Origin: Dehalococcoidia bacterium
GTDB taxonomy: Bacteria; Chloroflexota; Dehalococcoidia; UBA2979
Reading direction: 5' to 3'
DNA length: 64,000 nt
NCBI GenBank assembly: GCA_965262725.1
Contig: OZ253555.1
Coordinates: 1,056,001-1,120,000, forward strand
A program made the position numbers and the translations under genes. The first letter of the stretch is position 1, and every line of letters begins with the position of its first letter. Of the stretch, positions 38,418 to 48,467 are shown piece by piece. A model generated the notes under the pieces. That model saw only the letters and a program-made list of their open reading frames with translations. It was not told the DNA's origin and ran no database searches.

Positions 38418-39146
38418 ATGAGCGACGTGCCGGCCGACATCGTGGCCGCGGCGCGGGCCGCTGGCCGGACGCTATTGAGCGAGGTGGAGTCGAAGGCACT
38501 CCTTGCGGCGGCGGGGATCCCCGTTACGGAGGCCCGGCTCGCGACGTCCGCAAGCCAGGCGGCATCGATCGCCGTGGAGGTGGGCTTTCCGGTCGTGCTG
38601 AAGGTCGCATCGGCCGATGTCGCGCACAAGTCGGATGTCGGGGGTGTCCTCGTCGGTATCGCCGACGCCGAGGCCGCACGCGCCGGCTACGATCGCATCA
38701 TCGCCGAGGTCGGCCGCGCCGTGCCGGGGGCGGGCCTCGACGGCGTCTCGGTGCAGCGGCAGGCAGACGTCGGTATCGAGGTGATCGTCGGAATGACGAG
38801 CGACCCGCAGTTCGGACCCGTGGTGATGTTCGGCCTCGGCGGCATCTTCGTGGAGGTGCTGAAGGACGTCGCGTTCCGGTTGGTCCCCCTTGCGCCTCGC
38901 GACGCGGCGCAGATGCTGCGCGAGATTCGCGGCTTGCCGGTGCTGGAGGGCACGCGCGGGCAGCCCGGCGCCGATCTCCAGGCGCTCGAGAGACTGCTGC
39001 TCACGGTCTCGGCGTTCGTCGAGGCCCACCCGGAGATCGTCGAACTCGACCTGAACCCCGTCTTCGCGTACCCGGCCGGCCATCCAGACGGCGGCGCGGT
39101 CGCCGTGGACGCCCGTGTCGTGCTGAGTGAGGCGGTGCCCGCATGA
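38418..39146 (+). CDS. ADP-forming acyl-CoA synthetase beta (ATP-grasp) subunit
   Basis: FPVVLKV..HKSDVGGV, DPQFGPVVMFGLGG, ELDLNP. Confidence 0.9.
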   Translation: MSDVPADIVAAARAAGRTLLSEVESKALLAAAGIPVTEARLATSASQAASIAVEVGFPVVLKVASADVAHKSDVGGVLVGIADAEAARAGYDRIIAEVGRAVPGAGLDGVSVQRQADVGIEVIVGMTSDPQFGPVVMFGLGGIFVEVLKDVAFRLVPLAPRDAAQMLREIRGLPVLEGTRGQPGADLQALERLLLTVSAFVEAHPEIVELDLNPVFAYPAGHPDGGAVAVDARVVLSEAVPA

Positions 39147-40639
39147 CGTCCGTCTCGTCCGGTGGGGAGCGGATGCCGGTCGACCGTGCCCGCCTCGATC
39201 GCATGCTCAACCCGCGCACGGTGGTCGTGATCGGGGAGAAGGGGCCGGGCTACCAGTTCCTCAGGAGCCAGCTGGAGTACCGAGGACACCTCTACTCCGT
39301 CCAAATCGACGAGAAGGAGATTCCCGGCATCGAGGAGATGGGCGTCACCAACCTCACATCCCTGAGCGAGGTGCCAGGCGAGATCGACCTGGTGATCTCG
39401 GCCGTGCCCCGGCAGGTCGCGCCGTTCATTACCAGGCAGGCCATCGCGCGCGGCGCAGCCGGCGTGCACTTCTTCACCGCTGGCTTCGCCGAGACCGGCG
39501 ACGAGCAGGGCCTCGCGCTGCAGGGGCAGATCCTGGAGTTGCTGCGCGAGGACGGGATGCCGGCCATCGGGCCGAACTGCATGGGTGTCTACAACCGCGC
39601 GCTCGGTCTCCGATTCCATTCCGCTCAGGACGTCGGTGTCGACGAACTGGAGGGGGGCTCGCTCGCGATCCTCTCCCAGAGCGGGACGCACGGCGTGAAC
39701 CTGACGGTGGGCGCGCAACGCGCTGGCGTGCGCGTGGGGCGCACCATCTCCTTCGGGAACGCGCTCGTCGTCAGCGAGAGCGACTTGCTCGCCTACCTGC
39801 GCGATGACGACAGCACCGAGGCGATCGCGATCTACCTGGAAGGCGTGCGCGAGGGACGGCGATTCTTCGAGTTGCTCCGCGAGACGACACGTCGCAAGCC
39901 CGTGGTCCTGTGGCGGGGGGGCGAGTCGTACGCCGGGGCGCGCGCGGTGCGATCGCACACTGGCTCGCTCGCCTCCCAGAAGGCGGTCTGGGATGCGATG
40001 GTGCGGCAGGCAGGCGCCATCCCGGCCGGCTCGCTCGACGACGCCGTCGACGCCATTGCCGCGCTCGGCCACACCGATGCTCCCTCGGGCCGTCGCCTCG
40101 CACTGATCACCATGACGGGCGGTCAGTCGGTGGCGATCACCGACGAGTTCGAGCGGGCTGGCTTCGAGGTCCCGGAGCTGAGCGCCGCCTCTTACGAGAG
40201 GCTTGCCCAGTTCTACAACGTCATCGGCGGCTCCTACCGCAACCCCTTCGACGCCGGCGGGACGATCCGAGAACTCGAGAACCTCGGTCGACTGCTCGAG
40301 GTCGTCGAGGCGGATCCCGCCATTGACGGCGGCGTCGCCATCGATCTCAACGTGCGTCTCTTCGCCGACGAGCCCGAGCAGTTCACGCGCATGCTGGATG
40401 CGCTGGAGCGCTTTCGCGAGAGTAGCGGTCAGCCGGTCATCGCGACGCTGCACATTCTGGTCGCGACCCTCCAGATGACCGACCGGGAGGAGGAGTCACG
40501 CGAGGCGGTGCTCGGCCGCGCCCGCGAGCACATCGTGGCGCGGGGCTTCGCGGCGTACCCGGACTTTCGCCGTGCCGCCGCCGCGCTGCGCCGCATCGTC
40601 GACTACCACGCGTGGCGGTCGGCCGCGGTAGACGAGTGA
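39143..40639 (+). CDS. ADP-forming acyl-CoA synthetase alpha (CoA-binding) subunit
   Basis: GFAE, IGPNCMG, SQSG, SHTGSLA (phospho-His), NPFD. Confidence 0.9.
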   Translation: MTSVSSGGERMPVDRARLDRMLNPRTVVVIGEKGPGYQFLRSQLEYRGHLYSVQIDEKEIPGIEEMGVTNLTSLSEVPGEIDLVISAVPRQVAPFITRQAIARGAAGVHFFTAGFAETGDEQGLALQGQILELLREDGMPAIGPNCMGVYNRALGLRFHSAQDVGVDELEGGSLAILSQSGTHGVNLTVGAQRAGVRVGRTISFGNALVVSESDLLAYLRDDDSTEAIAIYLEGVREGRRFFELLRETTRRKPVVLWRGGESYAGARAVRSHTGSLASQKAVWDAMVRQAGAIPAGSLDDAVDAIAALGHTDAPSGRRLALITMTGGQSVAITDEFERAGFEVPELSAASYERLAQFYNVIGGSYRNPFDAGGTIRELENLGRLLEVVEADPAIDGGVAIDLNVRLFADEPEQFTRMLDALERFRESSGQPVIATLHILVATLQMTDREEESREAVLGRAREHIVARGFAAYPDFRRAAAALRRIVDYHAWRSAAVDE

Positions 40640-40676
40640 GCGATCCGCTCGGGGCGGCCTGGACGCACCGGTCGCT

Positions 40677-41900
40677 GTGAACAACCACCCCGACCCGCGC
40701 CTCTACCTCGACAACGCGGCGTCCACGCCCACTCGACCCGAGGCGGTCGAGGCGATGCTCCCGTTCCTCGGGACCAGCGCGACCAACCCGTCGGCGCTGC
40801 ACGCCAGCGGCCGGCGTGCCCGCGAGGGACTGGAGCACGCGCGGGAGCAGGTCGCCGCGGTGCTGGGTGCGACGCCTGAGGAGGTAGTCTTCACCTCGGG
40901 CGGCACCGAGAGCATCAACGCCGCGATCAAGGGCGTGGCGATCGCCCAGCGCAATGCCGGCGCTGGCTCCCACCTCGTGACCACCGAGGTGGAGCATCAC
41001 GCGGTGCTGCACTCGATGCACTACCTTGAGCGGTTTGGCTTCGATGTCGAGTACGCGGCCGTCGACGGGGAGGGGCGGGTCGATCCCGCCGCTGTGGGGG
41101 CGGCGATACGCCCCGACACCGTGCTCGTCTCGGCGATGTACGCGAACAACGAGGTCGGGACGATACAGCCGATTGCCGAGATCGCCGGGGAGGTGCGCGC
41201 GCGCTCGCACGCCCTCGGCCGCCGGATCCCGCTGCACACGGACGCCGTGCAGGCGGTGAGCAGCCTCCCCCTCGATGTCGACGCTCTCGGCGTCGACACG
41301 CTCTCGCTCTCGGGCCACAAGTTCGGCGCCCCCAAGGGAACGGGCGTCCTCTTCCTGCGCCGCGGCGTGCCGTTTCTTGAGCAGCTCTCTGGCGGCGGAC
41401 AGGAGCGGCAGCGGCGCTCGGGTACCGAGAACGTGGCCGGTGCCGCCGCGCTCGCGACCGCGCTGTCGCTGGCGCAGGCCGAGCGTCATGAGTTCGTGCG
41501 CGTGACGAGCGCTCTGCGCGACCGCCTGCTCGCGGGTCTGCTCGAGGCGTGTCCCGACGCGCGTCTGAACGGCCCGCGAGAGGAGCGGTTGCCCCACAAC
41601 CTGCACCTCTGCTTCCCCGGGGTGGAGGGTGAGAGCGTCGTGCGGGCGCTCGACGAGCGCGGGATCGAGTGCTCGGCGGGGGCTGCCTGCACGTCGGGGG
41701 CATGGGAGCCCTCGCACGTGCTGCTCGCGATGATGGTGCCCCTAGAGTGGGCGGTCGGCTCTGTGCGGCTCACGCTCTCGCCGGATCTCTCCGCGGAGGA
41801 TATCGACCAGGTCGTCCGCGAGCTGCCGGCGGTCGTGCGCCGACTCCGTGAGGAGGGAGGCGCGGTGCCCGCGGTGCCCGCACAGGGAGCCGCGCCATAA
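40677..41900 (+). CDS. iscS: Cysteine desulfurase (IscS/NifS type)
   Basis: YLDNAAST, TSGGTE, ANNEVG, SGHKFGAPKG, SAGAACTS. Confidence 0.93.
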   Translation: MNNHPDPRLYLDNAASTPTRPEAVEAMLPFLGTSATNPSALHASGRRAREGLEHAREQVAAVLGATPEEVVFTSGGTESINAAIKGVAIAQRNAGAGSHLVTTEVEHHAVLHSMHYLERFGFDVEYAAVDGEGRVDPAAVGAAIRPDTVLVSAMYANNEVGTIQPIAEIAGEVRARSHALGRRIPLHTDAVQAVSSLPLDVDALGVDTLSLSGHKFGAPKGTGVLFLRRGVPFLEQLSGGGQERQRRSGTENVAGAAALATALSLAQAERHEFVRVTSALRDRLLAGLLEACPDARLNGPREERLPHNLHLCFPGVEGESVVRALDERGIECSAGAACTSGAWEPSHVLLAMMVPLEWAVGSVRLTLSPDLSAEDIDQVVRELPAVVRRLREEGGAVPAVPAQGAAP

Positions 41901-41921
41901 CTGTATATACTCTTTACAGTT
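41899..41921. promoter_or_regulatory. Palindromic operator AACTGTA-N9-TACAGTT
   Basis: Perfect 7-bp inverted repeat in an AT-rich patch upstream of a small HTH gene. Confidence 0.55.
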
Positions 41922-41994
41922 CGCGCTATCGCAAGCTATCATCTGCCTACGTCGATGATCCCTGTCGATGCGAGCAACGACTGGATGACTCCCC

Positions 41995-42210
41995 GTGCCG
42001 AACAGCGTCTTCGACGACTATCTCGACCTCGTAGAGGCCGCCCGCGAGCTGAACATCCATCCGCAGAGCCTGCGCCGTCTCATCAAGCAGAAGCGCATTC
42101 CGGCGACGATGTTTGCGGGGAAGTACCTCATCGAGCGCGACAAGCTCGAGATCTTCAAGTCCAGCTACGATCCTCGCCCCGGTCGCAAGCCGATCCGGCG
42201 CTTGCTCTGA
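41995..42210 (+). CDS. Small excisionase-like (HTH_17) DNA-binding protein
   Basis: YLDLVEAARELNIHPQSLRRLIKQKRIPA..GKYLI. Confidence 0.85.
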   Translation: MPNSVFDDYLDLVEAARELNIHPQSLRRLIKQKRIPATMFAGKYLIERDKLEIFKSSYDPRPGRKPIRRLL

Positions 42211-42265
42211 GTTCGCCCCGCCGAGCGGGCGCGGCCGACGAACCGGGAGGCGAGTCCTCCGGGGC

Positions 42266-42946
42266 CTAGTCGAACTCGGACCGGGATCCGTCCATGCCGC
42301 GGAGATACCGGATCGCCGAGGCATGATCGTCGTCGGAGATCCGTCCTTGGCCGTGCAGGAACGTGAGGAGCACCTCGAGGGTGAGGATCGGGTGAAGTCG
42401 AACACCGATCTGGTGCAGGCGGCGTTCCGCGCCCTGCTCGCGGTCGATCAGCACCACCGCGTCGCGCACGTAGATTCCCGCCTCGCGCAGCTGCAGCACC
42501 GTCTCGACTAGGGATCCGCCCCCGGCCGCGAGGTCGTCCACCACCAGCGCGGTGTGCCCCGGCCGGTAGATGCCCTCGATCTCGACACGCGTTGCCAATG
42601 TGTTCCACTGGGGTCGCGGCCGCACGTAGAGCAGCGGCTGGCCCATCTGCAGGGAGAGCGCCGTCGCGATGTGCAGCCCGCCAATGGGGACGCCGGCAAT
42701 GAGCTGGAATGGCTGTACCGGCCGGGTGCGCATCGACAGCGCCGTGCGCAGCTCATCCTCGATCAGCCTCGCGATCCGCGCGAGTCCGCCCGGGCGCGCG
42801 ATGATCAGCTTGGGGTTGATGAAGACGGGTGAGTTCTGCACCGTGCGCCCGAGCGTATAGTCCCCGAACTGCACGCAACCGAGTCGCCACAGGAGGTCGG
42901 TCAGCCAAAGTCGCTCCCCGCTCCCGCGACCGCTCGGGCCGTTCAC
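42266..42946 (-). CDS. pyrE: Orotate phosphoribosyltransferase-like protein
   Basis: VQFGDYTL, SPVFI, PRPP motif LVVDDLAAGGGS, VLIDRE. Confidence 0.75.
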   Translation of the reverse strand: MNGPSGRGSGERLWLTDLLWRLGCVQFGDYTLGRTVQNSPVFINPKLIIARPGGLARIARLIEDELRTALSMRTRPVQPFQLIAGVPIGGLHIATALSLQMGQPLLYVRPRPQWNTLATRVEIEGIYRPGHTALVVDDLAAGGGSLVETVLQLREAGIYVRDAVVLIDREQGAERRLHQIGVRLHPILTLEVLLTFLHGQGRISDDDHASAIRYLRGMDGSRSEFD

Positions 42947-43980
42947 GCCCCTGCTCCGGTGCTTGCCCGCTCCCAGGCCGCGGGGTTGACCAGGTGCTGT
43001 GGTCGCTCGCCGCGCAGCGCGGAGAGAAGGCCGTCGACGCTGCGCTCGGCCATCCGCGCGCGCGTCTCGCGGGTCGCCGATCCGAGATGCGGGAGCACGA
43101 GCAGGTTGGGCGCCGACAACAGCGGGTGGGCGGGCGGGAGCGGTTCGGGGACCGTCACATCGAGTGCGGCCGCGCCGAGCTGCCCGCTCTCCAGCGCGGC
43201 ACGCAGCGCCTCCTGATCGACGATCCCTCCGCGGGAGGTGTTCACGAAGATCGCTCCCCGCTTCATCGCCGCGAACGCGGACGGATTGAACAGCCCGGCG
43301 GTCTGATCGGTGAGCGGCACGTGCACAGAGACCACATCCGCCGTGCGGAGCAACTCCCCCCAGCGCACGCGGTGGCCGGGAAACCCCTCGACGTCCCGGC
43401 GACCGTGGTAGATCACCGTCATGCCGAAGGCCTGCGCGCGCCGCGCCACCGCGGTGCCGATGCGCCCGGGCCCGACGATGCCCAGCGTCGAGCCGTTGAG
43501 GTCGCGCCCGAGGAGCCAGCCCGGCTCCCACGGCCCCCAGCGCCCCTCCCTGACGGCCGCGCTCCCCTCGGGCAGGCGTCGAACCGCCGCGAGCAGCAGG
43601 CCGAACGCGAGGTCGGCGGTTGCCTCCGTCAGCACTCCCGGCGTGTTCGTGACCAGCACGCCGCGCGCCGTGGCCGCCCCCACGTCGACGTTGTCGAAGC
43701 CGACGGCCATGTTCGCGACAACGCGGAGGTCGGGGCAGCGGTCGAGCAGCGCCTCGTCGACGCGCTCGGTCAACATCGTGAGGATCCCCGAGCAGGGGGC
43801 GGCGCGCTCGGCGAGCTCGTCGTCGGTGGGCGGCCGCGGTTCCCCCCAGACCTCGACCTCGAGGCCGCGCTCGGACCGAAGCCGCGCCAGGGCCGCATTC
43901 GATGGGAGACGGCGCGTCACGAGGACGCGGCGCATCCCGCCGTCCGCAGTGCCCGGGGATGATGAGCGGGGCGGCTCCAC
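42943..43980 (-). CDS. D-glycerate dehydrogenase / glyoxylate reductase
   Basis: AVGFDNVD, GIVGPGRIG, NTSRG, LDVTVPEP, PHLGSA. Confidence 0.92.
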   Translation of the reverse strand: MEPPRSSSPGTADGGMRRVLVTRRLPSNAALARLRSERGLEVEVWGEPRPPTDDELAERAAPCSGILTMLTERVDEALLDRCPDLRVVANMAVGFDNVDVGAATARGVLVTNTPGVLTEATADLAFGLLLAAVRRLPEGSAAVREGRWGPWEPGWLLGRDLNGSTLGIVGPGRIGTAVARRAQAFGMTVIYHGRRDVEGFPGHRVRWGELLRTADVVSVHVPLTDQTAGLFNPSAFAAMKRGAIFVNTSRGGIVDQEALRAALESGQLGAAALDVTVPEPLPPAHPLLSAPNLLVLPHLGSATRETRARMAERSVDGLLSALRGERPQHLVNPAAWERASTGAGA

Positions 43981-44107
43981 GGCGGCATTGTATCGCTCGT
44001 GCGCGAGGAGCGAGGCGTATGCCTGCCGAATGGAGGGACCGACCGTCGGCGATCAAGCGGCTCGCGACCGGCCCGTTCGCGACCCGGCTAGGGGATCGCC
44101 GGGGGGC

Positions 44108-44446
44108 TCAGGGCATCTCCATCGCGTAGCCGGCCTCGCGCCAGGCGTCGTGGCCGCCCTCGACGTTGTAGAGCGCGGAGAGACCAAGAGCGGAGGCGAA
44201 CTCGGCCGCCACCGCCGAGCGCTGACCCGATTTGCAGATGAAGAGGATCGGTCGGTCGGTGGCGAGCTCCGCCGCCCGGGGCAGCGTCGACATGTGCGGA
44301 ATGTTCACTGCACCGTGGACGTGGCCCTCGGCATGCTCGTGCGGCTCGCGGGTGTCGACGACTTGAACGCCGCCCTCGTCGACCATGCGCTTCGCTTCGC
44401 GCACGTCGATCCGGATGAAGGGCTCGACCTCGTTCTTGTTCGCCAT
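44108..44446 (-). CDS. Rhodanese-like domain protein
   Basis: DTREPHE..GHVHGA, CKSGQRS, EGG. Confidence 0.9.
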   Translation of the reverse strand: MANKNEVEPFIRIDVREAKRMVDEGGVQVVDTREPHEHAEGHVHGAVNIPHMSTLPRAAELATDRPILFICKSGQRSAVAAEFASALGLSALYNVEGGHDAWREAGYAMEMP

Positions 44447-44633
44447 GGCTGCTTCCCGTGCTGCGTTCGACGCGGAGCGAGATGCCGACCATCGCTCGCG
44501 CCAGATGGGGATCCCCAGCCCGCGGAGTGTAGCAAGGCCCGCTCCCCTCCGCCCCGCCACGCACCGCGGGCGCTCTCCCCCGGCGGAGTCGGACTGCCGC
44601 GGCGGCCGTCGGCGGGTCGTGACGACGAGTCGT

Positions 44634-45314
44634 TCAATTGAAGCGCTCACGGGCCTTGAGCCGCGTCGCCGCGACGAGGGACTCCAGTTCGCGGGCCGTC
44701 TCGAGCATCCCGGCGAGAATCGGGCCGGCCTGGCGAAGCCGCTCGCCGACGTCCAGCGCTTCGAGCACCGCTTGGAGGTCGTGGGGTGGGGCGAAATGCG
44801 TGCCTTCCCACGCGAGACGATCGGCGAGCGCACCGTCGTTGGCGGGGAGGAGGGGTTCGCGCTCGTAGCCCCCCACGATGGCAGCGCGCAGCCGGAGGAG
44901 TTGCGAGTAGTCGGCGCGCATCGTCCGCGCCCGCTCCGGGCTGGCGGCGTCGCGCTCCTCGGGATAGTCGACGTCGGCCCGGAGGTAGGAACGGTCCCTG
45001 TGCAGCGTGCGGATCACGAAGCGCCGCTCGCCGACCACGCTCAGCGCGATGTCGCCGTCCGGGTCCGTCCCGTGCTCGACGATGCGCGCGGTCGTGCCGA
45101 CGCTCCGCGGCGTCACGTTCGCGTCGCCGACCGAATGGCCCTCGGCGATGAGCACGACGCCGAAGGGCGCCCCCTCATCGACGCATTCGGCGACCAGCTG
45201 TCGGTAGCGGCTCTCGAACACGCGCAGCGGAAGCGTGGCGCCCGGAAAGAGGACGATCTCGAGCGGAAAGAGCCGGAGCTCGGCCGGAGTCTCGATGCGG
45301 GCCGCGTCGCTCAT
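44634..45314 (-). CDS. LON peptidase substrate-binding domain protein
   Basis: LFPLEIVLFPG.TLPLRVFESRY. Confidence 0.88.
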   Translation of the reverse strand: MSDAARIETPAELRLFPLEIVLFPGATLPLRVFESRYRQLVAECVDEGAPFGVVLIAEGHSVGDANVTPRSVGTTARIVEHGTDPDGDIALSVVGERRFVIRTLHRDRSYLRADVDYPEERDAASPERARTMRADYSQLLRLRAAIVGGYEREPLLPANDGALADRLAWEGTHFAPPHDLQAVLEALDVGERLRQAGPILAGMLETARELESLVAATRLKARERFN

Positions 45315-45718
45315 GGGCCGGCCATCAGCCGGGCGAGGCCGACCCCGACCACGACCGCTCCGGCCGCGAGCGCGATCAGTGCGCCGCGCAGCATCACGCC
45401 GGTGCCCGGCTGATGGGGACTCGATCCGTCGCCGCCGGGCCCGGCAAGTTCGGCGAGCGTGCTCGCGGCCCGCGCACGATCGGCGGCGGGAACGCGGACC
45501 TCGTAGGCGAACATCGAATCGACGGGCCCGCCAGCGGTCGCGAGCGTCGAGGCCGGGATAAGACTTTGCGCGTCGCCGATCTCCACGTCGGCCTCGATTC
45601 CAGCCTCGCGCAGCGACTCGGCCCAGCGCGCCGCGAGCTCTCCGTCCTTGGTAACGGCGATCGGGACCAGTGAGCGACTCTCGTCGCGATTCACGTCCTG
45701 GGGGGTCCAGCGTGGCAT
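45311..45718 (-). CDS. Hypothetical membrane protein (DUF2007-like)
   Basis: SLREAGIEA...VRVPAAD plus a C-terminal TM; TATCAT 6 nt before ATG. Confidence 0.65.
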   Translation of the reverse strand: MPRWTPQDVNRDESRSLVPIAVTKDGELAARWAESLREAGIEADVEIGDAQSLIPASTLATAGGPVDSMFAYEVRVPAADRARAASTLAELAGPGGDGSSPHQPGTGVMLRGALIALAAGAVVVGVGLARLMAGP

Positions 45719-45847
45719 GCGTCGATGATAGCGGTCGCCGGCGACGTCTCCGGCGCGCGGAGTCCCAGCGGGACGATCACCCGCGCCGGGCACGGGTGGC
45801 GAGCTGCGCATCCGGCAAGCCAATCGGGTGTCGTCCGGGTGCCGCGG

Positions 45848-48454
45848 CTAGGCAGGGGTGAGGGCGACCACCCGGAGTGCGCCTGCCGGCTCGCCGTCGA
45901 GCGGCAGCAACGTCATCAGTGCTCCGCCTGCGGCGTACTGCGGAACGTAGACGGTCCCCGGCGCCACGCCCTCGTCCAGCCTCGCGCTGATGTGCAACTC
46001 CCGCCCGTCGAGTGAGAGTGCGATTGACTCGCCGTCCCCGATGCCAGCCGCCCCCGCATCCCGGGGGTGGAGATGGGCCGCCTCCTCGCGGTGGAGGGGA
46101 TCGGCTTCGGGCGATCCAATGGAAGCGGCCTCCCGACTCGTGTAGAGGGAGCGACCGGTCACGAGCGCGAGCCCGCCCTCCGCGTGGACGCTGCCGTCAT
46201 CGTCGAGCGGAATTCGGCGCGGCTGTGGCCAGGTCGGAATAGGGTCGGGGAGCGCGCGGGTCCTGCCCGAGCGCGTGTGTTCGTGCGGCACGTAGCCGGG
46301 CACCTCCGCGGCGGCCTCCGCCATGATCTCGGCGGGGCTCCCCGCACCGAGCCGGGCGCCGAGTGCCTCCGCCAGCACCGCGAGCAGCGAACTGGCAGGG
46401 CGCTCGTCCCCGAGGGACGTCGCGGCGGGACGCTGTCGGACGACACGGCGGTCGGCTGTGGTGATCGTCCCGTCCGTGGCGAGGAAGGGAAGCGCGGCGA
46501 GCACGACGGTCGCGAGCTCGGCGGTCCCCGTGCGCAGGGAGTCGACCACGATGAGCGTCTCGAGACCCTCGAGCGCCGCGCGCACCCGTTCGGCGCCAGC
46601 GACGGCGAGCAGGGGATCCTCCGCGTGGATCAGGAGGGCGCGGATCTCGCCGCGCTCGATCGCCTCGACCATGCCCCGGAGATCATGCCCCCCCTCGCCG
46701 GGCATCATCCCCATGTCGGCGACGCCGAGCACGTTCGCCTCGGTCGGTAGGTAGTGTAGAGCGGAGGCGGCGTCGGCGCCGCGCACGGCGATGGCGAGGT
46801 TCGCGCAGGCACGGGCCTCCCGCCCCGTCTGCCGCGGTGCCCCGAGCACGGAGACGGCCGTCGGCGCGAACAGCACGGAGAACGGTCCCCGGGGCTCGTC
46901 CTCGTCGCTTGCGGCGGCGCGCACGATCTCGACGGCGCGCGTGAGCTGCGCGGTCTCGGACTCCGGGGCGAGCGCGTCGAGTTGAGAGACGGCGGCCTCG
47001 GCGTCGAGCTCGCCGGCGGCGGCCTCGGCGAGGGCGTTGACGGCGGCCGCCTCGCGTCCCGGGAGGGGCCGCACCCACGCCTGCGCGAACGGGACGAGTT
47101 CGCCCCAGCGCGGTGAGACGACCACCAGCGCGGCCTCCCGCTTCACGACGGCATCCTTGACGCGAAGCGCCACCACCTGGTGCGACTCCTCGAGGTCACC
47201 CGCGACGGCGACGATCGTATCGGCGTGCTCGATGTCAGTCAGGCTCGAGGGCAGCCGCTCGTCGCCGAAGGCGGCGGCGAGGGCACCCGCCGCCGCGCGG
47301 TGCACGCCTCCGTGCGCAAAGTCGAGGTGGGGCGTCCCGATGGCTTCCACGCCGAGGCGTACCAGGACCCGCGCCTCCTCGTTGGTTGCGTGGGGCGAGC
47401 CGAGCACGGCAATCGCCCCCGCGCCATGCTCGCGCCGGATGCGCGCGATGGACTCCGCCGCCTCACCCAGCGCCTCCTCGGTGGCGACGGGCAGCAGCCG
47501 ATCACCGCGCCGCGCGAGAGAGCGGGTCAGTCGCTCGCGCTCCGGGACGGCGGTGTACCCGAAGCGCCCGCGCACGCAGATCTGATCGCGCGACACGGGG
47601 TTCACCCGGTCGGGCCGGACGATGACCGGGCGGTCGTTGGCGACGCCGTAGGAGATCGTGCAGCCGACCGAGCATCCGTTGCAGGCGGAGTTGGTCCAGT
47701 CCTCGGCGAGTCCTACCCACTTGTTCGGCTTCTCCATCAGGGTGGCTGTGGGGCAGACATCGATGCAGGCGCCGCAGAAGTCGCAGTCGGACTCGTGCAC
47801 GGGCCCGCCCGTCCCGAAGGCGATCTGCGTCTCGAACCCCTTTCCGGCGAGCGAGATCGCGCCGGTGTGGCGGATGTCGGCGCAGGCACGGACGCAGCGC
47901 GTGCAGATGATGCACATCTGCGGGTCGAATTCGAGGAACGGGTTGCCGCGGTCCGGCTCCGGGGGCGGCGTCTCGTAGTAGGAGCGGGCCTCGCCGACCC
48001 ATGGCTCTTCCCATTCGCCCATGTCGATCATCTCGCACGAGGTCTGGAGCTCGCAGCGGTAGTTCTTGGAGCAGGTCAGGCAGCGGTGTGTCACGACGTC
48101 GTCGCGCAGACAAATGTCGCCGGGCATGCAGTGCACGCGACGGTGGCACGTCAGGCAACGATCCGGGTGATTCGCGAGGATGAGTGACATGACGGACTGC
48201 CGGGCCTCTTTCACCTTCGCCGTCTCCGAGCGCACGACCATCCCGTCCGCAACGACGGCCGTGCAGGAGAGCTGCATCGGCGTCGGGCGCCCCCCCTCGA
48301 TCTCGACGAGGCAGGTGCGGCAGCCCGCATAGGGCTCGAGGCCATCGATGTAGCAGAGATTCGTGATCGCGATCCCCTGCTCCTTGAGCACCTCGAGCAG
48401 GGAGAGCCCGCTCTCCACCTCGATCTGGCGGTCGTTGAGCGTGATCGTCGCCAC
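45848..48454 (-). CDS. NuoG/formate-dehydrogenase-alpha-like Fe-S molybdopterin-fold protein
   Basis: N-terminal 2Fe-2S (C..GCRTC..C), CIICTRCVRAC, CDFCGACIDVCP, CNGCSVGC..C; Mo-ligand Cys/Sec not apparent. Confidence 0.85.
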   Translation of the reverse strand: MATITLNDRQIEVESGLSLLEVLKEQGIAITNLCYIDGLEPYAGCRTCLVEIEGGRPTPMQLSCTAVVADGMVVRSETAKVKEARQSVMSLILANHPDRCLTCHRRVHCMPGDICLRDDVVTHRCLTCSKNYRCELQTSCEMIDMGEWEEPWVGEARSYYETPPPEPDRGNPFLEFDPQMCIICTRCVRACADIRHTGAISLAGKGFETQIAFGTGGPVHESDCDFCGACIDVCPTATLMEKPNKWVGLAEDWTNSACNGCSVGCTISYGVANDRPVIVRPDRVNPVSRDQICVRGRFGYTAVPERERLTRSLARRGDRLLPVATEEALGEAAESIARIRREHGAGAIAVLGSPHATNEEARVLVRLGVEAIGTPHLDFAHGGVHRAAAGALAAAFGDERLPSSLTDIEHADTIVAVAGDLEESHQVVALRVKDAVVKREAALVVVSPRWGELVPFAQAWVRPLPGREAAAVNALAEAAAGELDAEAAVSQLDALAPESETAQLTRAVEIVRAAASDEDEPRGPFSVLFAPTAVSVLGAPRQTGREARACANLAIAVRGADAASALHYLPTEANVLGVADMGMMPGEGGHDLRGMVEAIERGEIRALLIHAEDPLLAVAGAERVRAALEGLETLIVVDSLRTGTAELATVVLAALPFLATDGTITTADRRVVRQRPAATSLGDERPASSLLAVLAEALGARLGAGSPAEIMAEAAAEVPGYVPHEHTRSGRTRALPDPIPTWPQPRRIPLDDDGSVHAEGGLALVTGRSLYTSREAASIGSPEADPLHREEAAHLHPRDAGAAGIGDGESIALSLDGRELHISARLDEGVAPGTVYVPQYAAGGALMTLLPLDGEPAGALRVVALTPA

Positions 48455-48467
48455 TGGCCGTCGCCTC

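Noticed and set aside
41899-41921. LexA SOS box
   Set aside because: The CTGT-ACAG spacer is 11 nt rather than 8, and it does not match the GAAC-N4-GTTC type.
45848-48454. Selenocysteine formate dehydrogenase
   Set aside because: No in-frame TGA and no catalytic Cys/Sec-His motif.
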